Shown in pieces: positions 27,801 to 42,800 of a stretch of DNA of 64,000 nucleotides. Under the pieces are notes generated by a model that worked only from the letters and a program-made list of their open reading frames with translations, searched no databases and was not told the DNA's origin. The DNA comes from Perna viridis (lineage: Eukaryota): NCBI GenBank assembly GCA_037379345.1, contig CM074513.1, positions 24,304,001-24,368,000 on the forward strand, read 5' to 3'. Position numbers and translations under genes: made by a program. Positions within the stretch are counted from its first letter, which is position 1, and every line of letters starts with the position of its first letter.

Positions 27801-30800
27801 GAAGCACATCTTCCACAGCTGCAGTAATGAGGTTCAGCCTGACATTTCATCATCATTGGAGTCAGAAACAAGTTAGCAGCCATCTTGGATATTTCTCCGT
27901 CAACATGAGAAATACAGTCTTTTGTGTTGTCATGCATACACATCAGTCCAGACATCAAAGCCCTAAAACCAAACAAAGTAATTAATATACACAGACAAGA
28001 TATGCCAGGATTGTCCCCAAACTGAAAGAACACACTATTATAACATACTTTATGTACATTCATCTTTTTAAATTTAAAGATACACTGCTACAAACTTAAA
28101 ACAATTAAACTAGTTTTTATAACAAAAGAGTACTTAAATCATTCAATTTTATCACTAATTGTTTTCCTAATATATATTAACAATGATCTTGTAGTACTGA
28201 ACATGGTAATTAGATTAAAATATACAAAAACTTGATAAAAAATCCAAGAACATAATTTCATTAAAAGCAAGCTTTATACTGGCACTCCCTTACTACAAAA
28301 AAACGATTAAATAATATAAAAAAAGGGAGTAAAAAAGTACCTGCAGTCTGGCATTTCACTGGATACCATAGTGTGCATCATGTAAATACCACATTTCATG
28401 GCAGCCTTTCTGTTACAGCTTGCAGGATCTAGAATTCAGGAATTATTCTAATGTTTTATTTGTATTACATCTAGTTGTAAATCATATAACCTCAATAGAA
28501 AATTGATTTCTTCTGGGATAGATTAGCAAGTGATTTCCCTCATTAAATAACTTGTTCTAACTCATAATCAGTTGCAGAATATCTTCATTTAGCATAGATG
28601 AAGCAATTTAAAATGTACTGGCACAACTTTCAACACCTTCAATACAATTTTAAACAGCTCTCAATGTTTACTGAATTGAATTATTGTTAAAAATAATATT
28701 CTCTAATTTAAAAGCCACAGATGAAATATTCTTGTTGGAAAGGACTTCAAACCATTTTCACAAGGAAAACAATGTATTTTGGAGACTTGACAAAGGATAA
28801 TAGAAAATACATCATTTTTCCTGACAACACCAAGTACAAATAACTAACCCTGAATTGGTTTATGTTTCATCATGTTACAGTCATCTTTCTGGCATTTGTA
28901 TACACACTTAGTACCATTACTGACACATTCATGCATGGGTGTGTATGGGATGTCAATAGCACAGCCCTTGCTGATACGTCCATTCTCCACCACTGTGTAA
29001 CACATCTGTAAGCAAGTATATATCTCATGTAAAAAAAAATTAAGAAGAAATACTTCACTGGTCACTTATTATTACAGTACTCTTTTTCTATCTTTTTGTG
29101 TTTTCTTTTAAAAGAATGCAATATTTTTGAAGCTTTGTGTCATAATAAGGTAGGAGCTCATAATGTTGATATACTTGTCATGTCCTGCTGCTACAAACAT
29201 CTTCTTTAATGAGATGTGCCATAGAGCTAAAGCTAATGTGGTCCTTAAATTGAATGAACAAGCATTTCATAACAACAGTCTTAAAAAAAATCAAAGCATA
29301 AATGTTCTGTTCCATTTTCTTTTTCTTGCAAGTTTTTTTTCTAGTGTTTCTTATCTTGTGTACCAGTATTGAATGTTTGACATTTTTTCTTGTGTTTGAT
29401 TGAATACTTGCTGTTGGTGTGGTTCTCCATGAATATCAATTTTTCATTTTTAGTAAAAAATTTCATTTGTTTATAACATTTTAAACTCATGCATTGTAGA
29501 AGAACCTAAACAGCGAATAGAAATGTTCCCTTCATTGTTACCCTGAACATTTAATTTGACTACACTAAACCACAGATACCACAAAAAATGGTACCCTCTA
29601 AGAACAATAGCATTTCAACACTATGTGATAACACCTTGATATAAACTTGTCTAGAAAATTACATATCTGGCGTCAAATTCACAAAAAGTCTTAAGAGTAA
29701 AGTTGATCGTAAGTCGCAATCTAAACTAGCATTGTGACGTCATAATTTACAATCAATTTCACACTTACGACTTTTTGTGAATTTGATGCCTGTATATCTG
29801 TTAACATACATTACACTGTCTAGTTTAACTTACATGTGTTCTTCTACTACACTGTTGTTGTGGCATCATATTACATTCTTCATCACTCCTGGCTCCTCTA
29901 CAACTGTAGCAAGTTAAGCTCTTCTCTATAAAGGAAGAAACAGTATAAATGTAATTAATAATTGTTCACCAGTCATTCATATTTCATTGACCATCTTCTG
30001 AGTTTTTCAAAATCTGTCATTAGTTAAAATTTGATGATTCGATTTATACTCTACATTGACTTGTAAGTAAAAAAATATGGTAAGCCAATCTGAGGCTAAT
30101 TTTTATATTATACAATAGCACAAACAGGGCTATTGCCAAAACTACATCAGAGGGCTAACTTTAAAATACCTGTTCAAAATTTGCAATCTATATCAATAGA
30201 CCCTTTCGTGGTAAGTTGGTGAGCATGCTCAATATACACTTACGCGAAGTAGGGCTTGGATAGAACAAAATAATTTTTCTCACAGAAGTGTTTATGGAGC
30301 ATGCTCTACATATGCTTATTGACTAGCCCACTGTAAGCACAAAAGGGTCTATTGATTCCCTCTTTTTTGCTTAATTACAAAAGAAAATTACCCTTGCAAA
30401 CATTATCAACAGCCATTCCAACCATTTTCATGGTTCCCATGGCAACATCTCTGACTTGAGTTGGAAGAGTCTGTACAAATTGTTCAACACATCGCCATGA
30501 CAATGCTGCACGTTTACATAATGCTTCTTTCATGTCACTCTTTAGAAGGTCAGGGCACTGGCTGTTCTTGGTCAGTAGATGTTTGATTACCATTTCCATG
30601 GAAACATTTGACCTTGTGTTGTTAGACATAGGTGGCGTCATTGTTCTGTTGTTTTTCATGCTGTCATTTTTTGGCATCATCATGTCATCTTCAACTTAAA
30701 AAAGAAAATAGGAAAAGTTTCACAAACCTATTACCCAAAAACTTTTCTGTAAAAATTATTAAAAAGCTATTGAACTGGTTCAGTGCTAATTTTAACTTAA

Positions 30801-33800
30801 TTTTATGCTTCAGATTCTTCATGTTTCGATTCTTGACTTACAATTATATATAAAAGACAACTGTGGAGTAGAAAAATTAACAATCAATCACTAAGCCCCA
30901 TAGACTGAGTGTAGTTGTTTTCTTTTTCTTTTCTTGGTGTAGTTATCTCCATGACACATCCCCTGTTTCCACTTTCTTCTCAAATATTTAAAACTCATTA
31001 TTTGAGTTGATAAAATACTTTTTATATTTATTACTTTTAAAGAAAATTTCAAAGCAACCCATTTTAAAAAGACAGAAAGCATGTGTGGAAAAAATTTCAA
31101 AACCATCAAACCCTGAAAACTTACACTCCTCCATTCCCCAATCCAACATAATATCTAAACCAAAGAGTTTCTTCACTGTGTCTTTAAAGTCCAATGCACA
31201 CATATCAAGTGCTTTCTTTGCCTTGCAGACATCAGAAACATTTCTAATTTTCTCTGCCATTTCCATGGTAACATGATGTTTTTCTTCCTCACTACATGAG
31301 CTGACATGTTTTGAAATACACTCCTTAACCTTCCATACATCACTGAAAAAGAATATTTATCAATTTTGTAAAAAAAAAAAATAAAATTATCAATTACATT
31401 TTTTTTTCATTTAAGATTATCATTAACGGGAAATTATATGTACAAATTTTTTGCTTTGTCTTTGCTTTTCTTGTTTTAGTTTTTAGTCTTTTGTTTGTTT
31501 TTTTTTTGTTTGTTTGGTTTTTTTTGGGGGTGTGTGAAAATTGTATGTTATTGTTGTAAGAAGGGACAACTTCATTTTTACTCAATGTAATTTTAATGAT
31601 CTCTACTAACTCAACTCAACTCTACATTATTCAGGATACTTATTTTTTTTCTATATCCAGATGCCAAGTGCATAGTAAAAACAAAATCACAGAAAAAAAA
31701 ACATAATATCTAAATCAAATGAAACAAAACCAAGCAAAGTACTATATTCTAACATGGTAACACAATAAATAAAGACTTTCAGTTCAATTAAAAACACAGC
31801 CAATTAAACATATGTACTGTGGACCACAAACTATAGGGCTGAAACCTAATAACAAAAGCTCAACAAAAGGATAGACAAACTCTTCTATTATTTTCCAAGT
31901 GGCATTGCAGCTAAATATTGAAAAGCAACAATGTATTAACAAAGAAAGTAACAGTAAACAAATTTTAAATTTAAGCCTTCAAACTTACAAGCAGGTTGTG
32001 TTGTCTCTGTTCATGTGCATCACAGCCATACAGTTACGGGCCCCACAGAGATCACAAAGGACACGGGGGCATCTCTGAGAAAGCCTTTTGTGTAATCCAG
32101 CAACCATAACTTCAATAGCCTCAACATGTGTTTTCTCACATCCTGACAGGGATTTGTGCATACAACTCCTAAAGGCAGGGATACCACTGAAATTTATAAT
32201 AATCAATGTTGTTGAAGTACTACATAAATAGATAGATGAGGATAAATATTCACTTAAACAGTACGTGTAATAAAAAAAAATTTAAAAAGGGTTTCTAATA
32301 GAACATTAAATATTACTTCTCCATGTTGTGGAGCTGTGTGAACAATGCACATTAAAATGGAAAGCGTGGTGACTGCAAAGTTAAAACAGCAAACTGAAAA
32401 ACTAAAAACATGACTGTGCTAGAAATCTAACTTAACTGTCATAAACAACTGCACATCCTTCATTAGTTCTAATACAGAATTGGATTGTGCTGAATATTGA
32501 TCATGATCTGTATTCTAAAGCACTGAGCAAATGTGTAAAGTTTGATTAAAAAATGTCTGTTCTCAAGTTATCAACTTGAAACCAGCAGGAAATGGATCAA
32601 CACCAAGAATAACTAATAAAGGAGCCAACTATAGGGCACTGGCAAAAGTGATTAGGAATCCTAATGATAAAAACAGACCAATATTCAGCATCATAAGATA
32701 CCATTTAGAATATCCGTAGGTAAGCCACTAAACTTATTTGTAACCAACATTTGTATATTTCGAACAAATGAAAATGACAATGAGAATTCACTGGTTAAGT
32801 AAAACACATACCTGCAGATATCACCCTCTCCCTTCATCACTTTAGCTTGCATAGAAGTTATACAGGATAAAGCCTGTGGCATATCACACATGTGTTTCAC
32901 CTTTGGATTCATTGCATCACATTTCAAAGGTTCTGGCATCTTGTATTCACCCATCCTACACATTTCCATTGAAACAGCATAAAGGTCATGCCAAACATTT
33001 TCTACAGCTTCTTTATGTTGAGGTTCACAGTCCCAGGTATTTTCAACAACACATCGGTATACAGGCATGATGGATCTGTATCACAAAAAGTTGAGTTATC
33101 ATTGTAAAATGAAGCACAATAGAGTGAAACTGTTATATATTTAATGAATTGTTGGTAAATCTATCTTCCCATACAAATATAGCACCTCATTTTGTTATTT
33201 TTAAATCAATGCAAAAACAGAAGTTAAAAAGAAGTAGTAAGTTAAATCTATTGTATATAACAGGAACTACAAATACTGTGAAAGTACTATTGTTCATGGG
33301 GTACCAATTTTCTTGATTTTGGTAGATAGGCCAAGCCACAAGAATTGGTTACCAGCAAAAAGGAGATTTCCAATGATGTGTATACTCTTAACCTAAAAAC
33401 CACGAATTCAAAAATCTACTAACTTGTGTTGCTTCCTGAATCAAAGAAAATTGGTATCCACTAATAAAAGTTCTTTCACAATAGTTAGTGCATGTAGGTT
33501 CACAAATTTGACTCCATAATTCTGGGTGATGCTTTAATGAGAAAATCTACACCTAACACTTACGAGCATATCAATGTATAAGTCGGCTTTCCAACAGATC
33601 CAATTAAAGCCCCACTAAGCATGCTCATACATTTAACTGCTTCTTTAGGCTTACACATAATCTTGGACATTGGACCTTTGTTGTCTTCCATTCTTGACGT
33701 CTCCATGTCACTGTTCTTGTCAACACACATACCCAAGGCATTCTCAATACGACGAGTAACAACGAACATTTTAATGAATTTCCCCTGGACTCTGGCAGAG

Positions 33801-36800
33801 CATGATTGTGTATGTTTGTTTATACAAGGAACAAGCATATTTTTCTTCCACCTGCAGAAAAAGAGCATAATGAATGACATTTAAGTTCATAAATAATCAA
33901 CCTCCAATATTCTATAAAAATCTATTTCAAGTTCATGGTGCCTTCTAACAATTGCAGACTCTATTTTTTGGACTACTTTCCTTGCTCTAGTCAAATACTT
34001 AGTGACTAAAATTGTGGTTTTTTTTTAATTGACTTAGCAATTAGCTCTGTTTCATATCAAATTGCAACTGGATTTTTTAATTAATTCTATTTACCAACAG
34101 TTTCCTGGCCTATCTTCAAAGGGCAGATAACCAACGAAAGTTGTCATGGCAATATAATCCATCATACACTTGGCTGCTTCCTTTGTTTTACAATCTTCTG
34201 ATTCTGAAAATAATAAGGATAATCAAATCAAAGCAGATAGCAAACTCAACAATAGCATTTTTATAGGGCTGGTAAGTTATATCCTCAATTTATTTTTGAT
34301 CAGGAAATTCTACTGTTAATAGCATTCAAAAATGAAGACCCAGTTGTATTTAGTATGCTACTTACAGATATAACAATATGATACATAGTGATCATCTTTT
34401 TTCAGTGTGGAGTTACATGTAATATAAATTTTATTAAAGTGTAGGGAAAGCTCATATTTTTTTATTGTCATTTTTTTACATAAGTGATTTGGATTCAAAT
34501 GATCTTTACTTAAAAAACAACCACTGTCTATACTTCTGAATGGAAATTTGGGACCCATTCTCATGAATTTACAGGGTCACATGACAAGATTTAAAAGCCT
34601 ATTCCCATACCTAAAATAAAGTGTAAAAACTTCCAAATGTCAGGTAATGTTAAATACAGTAACATAGCTTACTCACACATTTGCTAAGATAGACACCCTT
34701 AAATCAATGTACTTTTGTGGATCTTTGAGCACAGTAAAAGTTTGTGGTCACACATTAAATTTTTACTAATAATAAATTTGTGTTGATTCATTTTTGTCAC
34801 TTTCTTTCCTCTATAAAGTCAGATTGTTAATAGTATTTCAGGCTTTCCTATTTCAATGGAGCATATGTACCTGTATAATTCATATTCATTCTTGAATTAT
34901 TTCTCATTTGTATCCTATCAGAGTTACTGCCCATGTCATCATCGTTCATGATAGACAGGAATGGATTATCTGTCCTGTTATTCTTGGCATCCTCCATTAT
35001 CCTCATCGTTATGACTTCTACAAACAATTATGACATAAATGTAGTGACAATTATCATGAGAGGAGCATGAATATTCATGATTAAGCTATAAAATATCGTA
35101 CTTAACTGAACTAAAAAATGTGTCGCAAAGCTTATTCCCTTAACACTGATGTATATGTACCATAAAAAAGTTTACCTAAAAATTTAGCAGGAGTTTTGGT
35201 GACTTCCTGTACTTGCATCATTGTCTGTTCCCAGATACCTCTCCAGAGATCTGGCAAAGCTTCAGATTTCACTTTCACACATTCCATGAAAGTCTTCACA
35301 CCACTGTAGATATCCATGTTTGTGGGACTTTCCATCATAAAATATTCTCCAGTCAGGTTCATTAACATCAAATAACATTCTCCAATCATATTGGGAGAAT
35401 ATTTGGGTGTTGTACTCATCAAGGACATAACATCACAGGAAGCATTTCTTGTTCTCAGTAAGTTACGAATGGCTTCAGCACGCTGCAGTTTAAAAGTCTC
35501 ACTACATCCTACCTCCTGTTTCTTCAAGCATTCTTCAATTTTAGTCACATTTCTGAAACATAAGATAATATAATACAGTCAATAAGTCAATCTCGTCATG
35601 TTGTTGTACATTTAAAGGAGGTATGTATTACATAGAAAGAATTATTAGAAAACAAACACCTCTGAGAGTACCATACAGAGAAATCTCAGACACCAAAAAG
35701 TAGGATTTCAAGTTCTCTAGTAAGGCTCTGCCAAGTTAGAGAGAAGATTGAAATCTTACCCAATGGTGTCTGAGATTTTCTAGTTTTGCATTTTTTGCAT
35801 TTTTCTTTGGTTTTTTTTTCTCACTTTTAAAATCAATTTTGTGTTAAGTACAGCGATTCAGAATGCCATGTTTGACAAAATTCCTCTGCATACAAAAGAC
35901 ATCATAAAATGTTTTATTATGACTTCATAAATGTAGCATGTATAATCCCTGATTGTTTAAAAATAGGTAAATACTTGTCTCAAAAGTAGAAAAATAATAC
36001 TGAAGTTCATCAGCTGTTTTAACTCATAAAGAAGACAAAACTGTAAAAAGGAAGAAACATTGGTAAGCATTTCTACTTGAACAGAATAACATACTATTAA
36101 ATTAAAGTTGAAAAACAGATAACCAAAACAGTAATCGTGTATAAAACTGGCCATGTACGACAGATTCATTCAAATTTAGTGCTTTTTAATACAACAACAT
36201 ACCTGCAAGTGTCTTCAGGTTCCTCAGGGAAACATGGATCTACCCATAATGTGCAAGGTTTCTTCATCCAACACTTCATTTTATCTGACACTCCAAATTT
36301 CTGTACACACCGAGCTCCATATGTTGCCATTCCAACATGTAGAGTATGGTTAAGGACTTCCATTTTGGGACTATCATTTTCACAAAGGAGTGTATGTATC
36401 ATTACACAGTCATTAGCCTTCTTATAAGCACTGAAACAAAAAAAGAAATGGTTAACTTCCAAAGGCAGCTTTGAACAATAAGTGCAAAAATATTGTTCTT
36501 ACTGGTAATAAAAATGTTTTGTACCATGCCATAAATTAGGCCCAAAAAAATAAAAGTCTCGTTTCCTGAAACCAGCAAGAAAAAAATTGGGTAGGTAGGT
36601 AGAGATTTGTTTTTACTTTTCAGAAACATTTTACACAGAAGTAATGGAGAATTAATCTAGACTTTCAGAGTGTAAATTTGGCCATTAAATGTCTTGAGTA
36701 GGTACAAAAAAGGGTATGTTAGTAGGAAATAGACATATTATTTTTTTTACAATTTATGACAAATATGATCAAATGTGATAACACAGACAGTAAGTATTTG

Positions 36801-39800
36801 CTTGACACTTTTTGTTAGAATTTTAAGTATGCCAGCTTGGAAGCAACAGCCTGCATGTAGATGCATTTTAGATTTGTAGATGGCCGTTATCATGAACTCG
36901 TGGATCGTTATGGTGTATCCATCAGCACCATGAAAACTGATTTATTCAACGGGTCATAGTTTTCCTTCCCTCGTTTGTCTACCCCAGACTTGACTTTTTA
37001 TGAGCAACTCGGCGGGTGTTTCTAGAAAAGCAGAGGACGCTTACCCTACCGGTGCACCTGGTCCATGCTCCCAGTTTTTAGTGGAGTCCGAGTTGCTCAT
37101 TTACTTTTGTTACTTTGTATGTATGATTTTAGTTACTTTATGTTCTTTGTTGTGTATGTCTGTTTTCCATGTCTGGTCTTTGTCCCTGGGTTACATTCTT
37201 TTGATTACCGCTATAACCTTGGTTCCCTTGATTACTCTTTTATCCAAATCAAATCAAACCAGTTGTCATTATTTTCTCTTTCATGCTGCACAATTTCAGC
37301 ACCTTTGAAATGACCACACAGTAAATCGAAACAAGGATAACCCAAATTAATGATGAGCATGACTGGTGTGAATACATTCTGTAAAGACACAACACTAACC
37401 TGCACATGAGTGTATCATTATCTTTAATGTGTTCCAATTCCATTCCAAAGTCCATCAAACACTTGTCAGCAGCTGTGTTATTACAACCTGCATACCCTAT
37501 AATAGCTCGCCAATTAGCCTGGTCACATGCCACAGCAGACAATATAGGGCAGGAATTACCCATGATGCTTGAGGCAGCATTCAACATGGCAACAAACTGG
37601 TCATTGTCCTGCAGTCCTGGTGTTTGTGTACAATTCTTAGTGCTAAAGTGAACACATTGCATCATCTGACCAAAGTATCTGGAAAGAAATTTAAATATCA
37701 TATTCAAAGTTTTTTTCCACAAGTTCTGAATGAAAATATAACTGGAGTTAATTCTAGAAGAAATTGATCTGGTAGTCAATGATTCCGTCATTAAATTTAA
37801 AATTTGCTCAACAAAATCTTTAAGCATTTTGCATTGGGTAATTCTTACATAACTCAAGCCAAAAAAGAATGAATGCAAGTAAACACTGGCTGGTGTAAAC
37901 CACTAATAATCTTACTTGCAAGCCTCTACTTTGTTGTAACCAGAAGATACTGCCAAATATTTTCCAAATCCTTCAACACACATGGCTGCAGTGTTTGGGT
38001 AGCATACATCATCTTGATAGATGAGAAGATGTTGATATGGCATTGATGGACATGCTCGGTCATGCATGAAGTAGATGGTCTCCAATACTTCACGATACAT
38101 TTGTTGTTTGTCAGTAGAACATGATGTTAAGGCATTCTTTACACACTTCTCCACCTCAGTAATCCCCCTGGAAAGAATAATTCATGTAATAATTTTTCCT
38201 ATGAAGTACATCTCCATGTAAGTTAGTTTTCTATTTCCTACAAGAATTCAAGTACTGGTAGAATTCAGGTTATTTTTGTGATTTCTGAACTTTTCCATGT
38301 ACATGTACAATTATGAATTCTATGCCTTTTTTTCGTAAACATGTACATTAACCAGGTCAGACATAATTTTAATGAAATTAACATAAGAAGTGGAAATTGG
38401 CAACATTGGAAGAATATATCTATAAATTGAGAATTTAAGATCCTGATTTGAAAAAGCAGAAATATGCTTTAAAGCTGAAGAAAATCAGTTCTATCCAACA
38501 TATTTTACTAAATGTACCAATCTGAAAATAGGCTACTCCTAGAAAAAAAAAGACAATTCAGGACAAACCTGCAAGCACCTTCTCTGTCACCCACAGGAGT
38601 AAACCTCCATGATGCAATTCTCATGAAGTATGAAGTAACACACATAGCTGCTACTCCCTCCATACAATGATAGGGTTCAGCAACAGATACTCCATCTGGA
38701 CCAACTAAAATGATGGAACAAATAATTATCAAATATACTTTGAGCTGAACTCAACTCAACTAGAGTACATTTTTGTATTGAAATAAGAATGTAATGTGTA
38801 TTTTAAAAAATGCACTTATCAAGAAGCAAGTGAAACATCATTTTATCAATTAATATATATTAATATTATCATCATGTTTTTTTTTCTTCAAAATTTTACA
38901 TTGTGATGATAGTAGGAGGACATTATTAAGTTTCATATCATTAAATTCTCATTATTCTCGGTACCTTTTCCTTCTCACAGTTATTGTAAAGCTTCAGGAT
39001 ATAGTTACCCTTCAAACAAACATAAAAACTTTGTTATTATATTAAAAAAATAACATATTGGATACATACTATTATCACAGAATTTATGTTTGAATTCTTC
39101 CACGGTTCTATTTCCAGCCATAGCCATGTATGAAAACATAGGAGGCATTTCTCCAGCATTCCTATGACACTTCTCAGATTTGTCTATTTCATTACACATG
39201 TTCTTAAAAGGGTTGTTTGTGGTCTGGAATGACGATTTTAGATTGTCCATTGTTGCCATAGCACATTGTGTAGCATTGACCAACTGATCATTGCGGATGA
39301 GTGATGAGGTTGGGTTTGAGTTACACATGGCATGATATGACTTCAAAATATTGGCATGAGGTGCTACCTGGATTGACATGCACCCTCTGAGGTATTTGTG
39401 GAAACACATGTCAACTGCTGTTAAGTTTCTAAAATGAAATAAAAAAAAAACAGATTACAACACAGCCATGAAAGCTTAAATGGTAATTTCCAGTTAAACA
39501 GGAAAATGTTTGAGTGAACCATCAACTTTTACCACAGAGATCCTCCCATCTGGAAACTAAAATTGGCTAAATGCTTTACTGTGAAAGTACTATTGTTTTC
39601 TGGGAGTACCAATTTTCATGTTTTTTGTGGTTGTGCCAAATAATGAAATTTGGTTCCCAACAGAAAGGAGATTTCCATAGATGTGTATACTGAAAACCTC
39701 AAATCCATGAATTCAAGAATCCACGGACTTGTGTTTCATCATTAATCCACGAAAATTGGTATCCATGAATTTAAGTACTTCACAGTATTCAGAATAAGAA

Positions 39801-42800
39801 ATGGTAATGGCAATTATTTCATTGCCATTGATCAAGCAGTTTAAAACTGAAGGACCAATAAACAATTAATCTGAAGTTTACTGCCTTTTTGAAAAACATA
39901 GAGACTATGGCCCTTAATCCCCTTTCAAAGTGATCCTTGTAGCAGGTAACTTTTGCAAACCTTATCATGTACAATGCATATTAAAAGTAAAATATCAGTC
40001 AAATTTATTTCTTTTGTAACAATTACAATAAATGCTAATTATGGTTATTGAACTAAATTCTTTTGTTTCATTAATCCAAACTTTCTCTGGTCAATAAAAT
40101 AATTAACTGAGCAAAAGAAAAAATTTCTGTCAGTTTACAGAAACTTGACTGTATTACTGTCATTACTTACTGACAAAGTTTAGTGACATCACTCCTGGTG
40201 TTGAGTGGAACATAACATTCCACAAGAGCCTTTTGTGTGTAGCACATTTCTGGTGGAGGAGTACACCTTTCCATGGTGTCTGTCAGTATCTTCTGGACAG
40301 GACATTGGTCAGCTACCATACTGGCTACATCACTTCCAAGCTGCATGGATATTAGAATTTCTTTGTAATCATTGCAGCCACTGGTCAGCTTGTGTAGGCA
40401 ACACATCACCTTTTCTGCAGCACTACAACAAATTTTATCATAATTAGACTATTATAAAATAAGTACTGCTGACCGATTCGTCTGGAAACAACCAGACCAA
40501 TTACATATGAAATGAATTAAAGAGTTTTTTTCAGGTATATTTTAGATATAATAGTTATTTCAATGTCCTTACTCACAGACTGGTTTCATTCCATAGAAAA
40601 CAGCTGTTGAAAGTTTGCTAGCAATATCAGCTTCTTTGACACACTGCATCACCATGGTAACATTACATGACTGGGACCTGGTAATATTCATTTCCATCTG
40701 TTTCTTCATCATGTCTTCTTGATGACAGTAGGTACCAGCAATTTTCTCCATCATATATGAATTAACACCAGCACGTGCCAACTGAGCAGGGGTCATGTAC
40801 ATCATCATTTCAGAAAATCTCCCCATGGCCATCCTCATTTGTCTACAAAAAAGTATTGAAAGTTGATCCTGACAATCTTAAAGATTACATAATTCCTTGC
40901 TAGTTGTTTAAAATGCCATTTCGACAATATACCTGAGTTGTCGGCACAGGATGTTCTATTGACAAGAACTCCTGCTTCATTTGACTCCAGACATAATCTA
41001 ATCCTCTCACTGGACAGGCGGTAGTAATGTTACAGCACCTATGGCAGAGAGAGGGATGGTTGTGTTGTTCTGATCATTAGACAACTGTGTTAAATATTGT
41101 TTTGAGACTTTGAACCAACTTGTCGTGATGTGGTTAATGGAAATTAGAACCTATGCTCTCATTTTTTCCTTCTGATTAGATTCATCTAATTCTCAGGAGA
41201 AGTAAAACAATTTTTTTAAGATATTTTAATGTGATTAGAAACTGAATGATTAGACTTGGGTTATTAAAGGGAGAAGACTGTGGCAGAGTGAGGAATAGTT
41301 TGTTAGTGAAAACAATCTGCAGATCTGTGATAAAATCTGTGATGGATCACTATAAAAAGACATCAAACATAAAACAGTTCATTAAAACAAAATGACATGT
41401 AAACAATTGAAAAAATTATGTAAATGAAATATAACAATAATGCAACAACATCTAGAAGTACTGTGATCACAAAGAACATCTAGAAGTACTGTGATCACAA
41501 AGAACATCTAGAAGTACTGTGATCACAAAGAACATCTAGAAGTACTGTGATCACAAAGAACATCTAAAAGTACTGTGATCACAAAGAACATCTAGAAGTA
41601 CTGTGATCACAAAGAACATCTAGAAGTACTGTGATCACAAAGAGATTACCCCCACTTCAAATGCAGTTGAATGTATAATTCGTAAGATCAACTTTTTCTC
41701 TTTACAACCAACAAACAGACATTATATTGCTTTATGCACACTTACATATGATGCCCAATCTTCCTACAATGTTCATCAAAATCCCTAGAGTGGTTCAGGA
41801 GGAGTTACACTTACAATGTTTAAACATGTAAAACCAATAATTCTGATTATCTCTCTTTGAAGTCTCTTGCCAATAACTATATTCCTTCATGCACATCTAC
41901 ATATGACGCCCAACATTCATATAGTTTCGTCAAAATCCATTGAGGTGTTTAGTGGGAGTTTTGCTTACAGGAAATGTGGACAGACGGACGGACGGACGGA
42001 CGAACTGACGTACAGACAGAGACAGACAGACAGCATGACAGGGTGGTTCCTATATACCCCCCAAACAAAAAAAATTAAATACAGAAATCTTAAAGCAACA
42101 TCATCCTTTAAAACGTAAAATCAGCAATTTTATCCTTCACCTAAAGCTGTTGTCATAGAAATTCATGTCAAAAGATAAAATGATATTTTCGTTTTAAATT
42201 TCTTTTTATCAGCACTTTTTACAAATGGAGAACTACATATATATTGTTTATGCAGAGGTGAAACAGAATTAAACTTACGGACAAAGAGTTTCCTTGGAAA
42301 CCATGGGATTCATGAATATCATGGAAACAGGAAGTATGGCTTCTACAGCTGTAACATTCTCCAATAACCCAAGAACTGGATTTACTTGACCTTTAGGGCA
42401 AACATCCTGAACCATAACCTTTAGAGCATATATAGCCTTGTGAAGATCAGGATCATCATCATGGTTACAGTTGATGGTATGGTTAACAGCACACATCAAA
42501 GATGGCATGATACCTCTGAAATTGGGAATTACAATTAGGTCAAATATTGACATATATGTATAAACTGTGACCTAAGTTAAAAGAAATAATAAAAAAATAT
42601 ATGTAACTTCATCATATGACCACTTTTTCTCCAACTTACATGTACATGTAATTGTAAGCATGGAACTACAGATTCAAGATATACTGTACTAGGTACTAGT
42701 AGTTCATTTATGTTGATTAATATCTCCATTTTTGAAATTCCCATATCATAAATGACATTCCTTTCTTGTTATTTTGACATTTACTTCAAAATAACAGCTT

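Noticed and set aside
37000-37313. Hydrophobic ORFs here and at 53172-53447 as membrane proteins
   Set aside because: Translations of the T-rich LINE 3' UTR, present in two copies.
40880-41330. Less AT-rich intron segment as an extra exon or TE ORF
   Set aside because: No phase-compatible open exon with the Cys pattern and no recognisable motif; probably a decayed repeat.
41447-41642. 28-bp repeats as a CRISPR array
   Set aside because: Head-to-tail copies with no spacers, no cas genes, and located in a eukaryotic intron.
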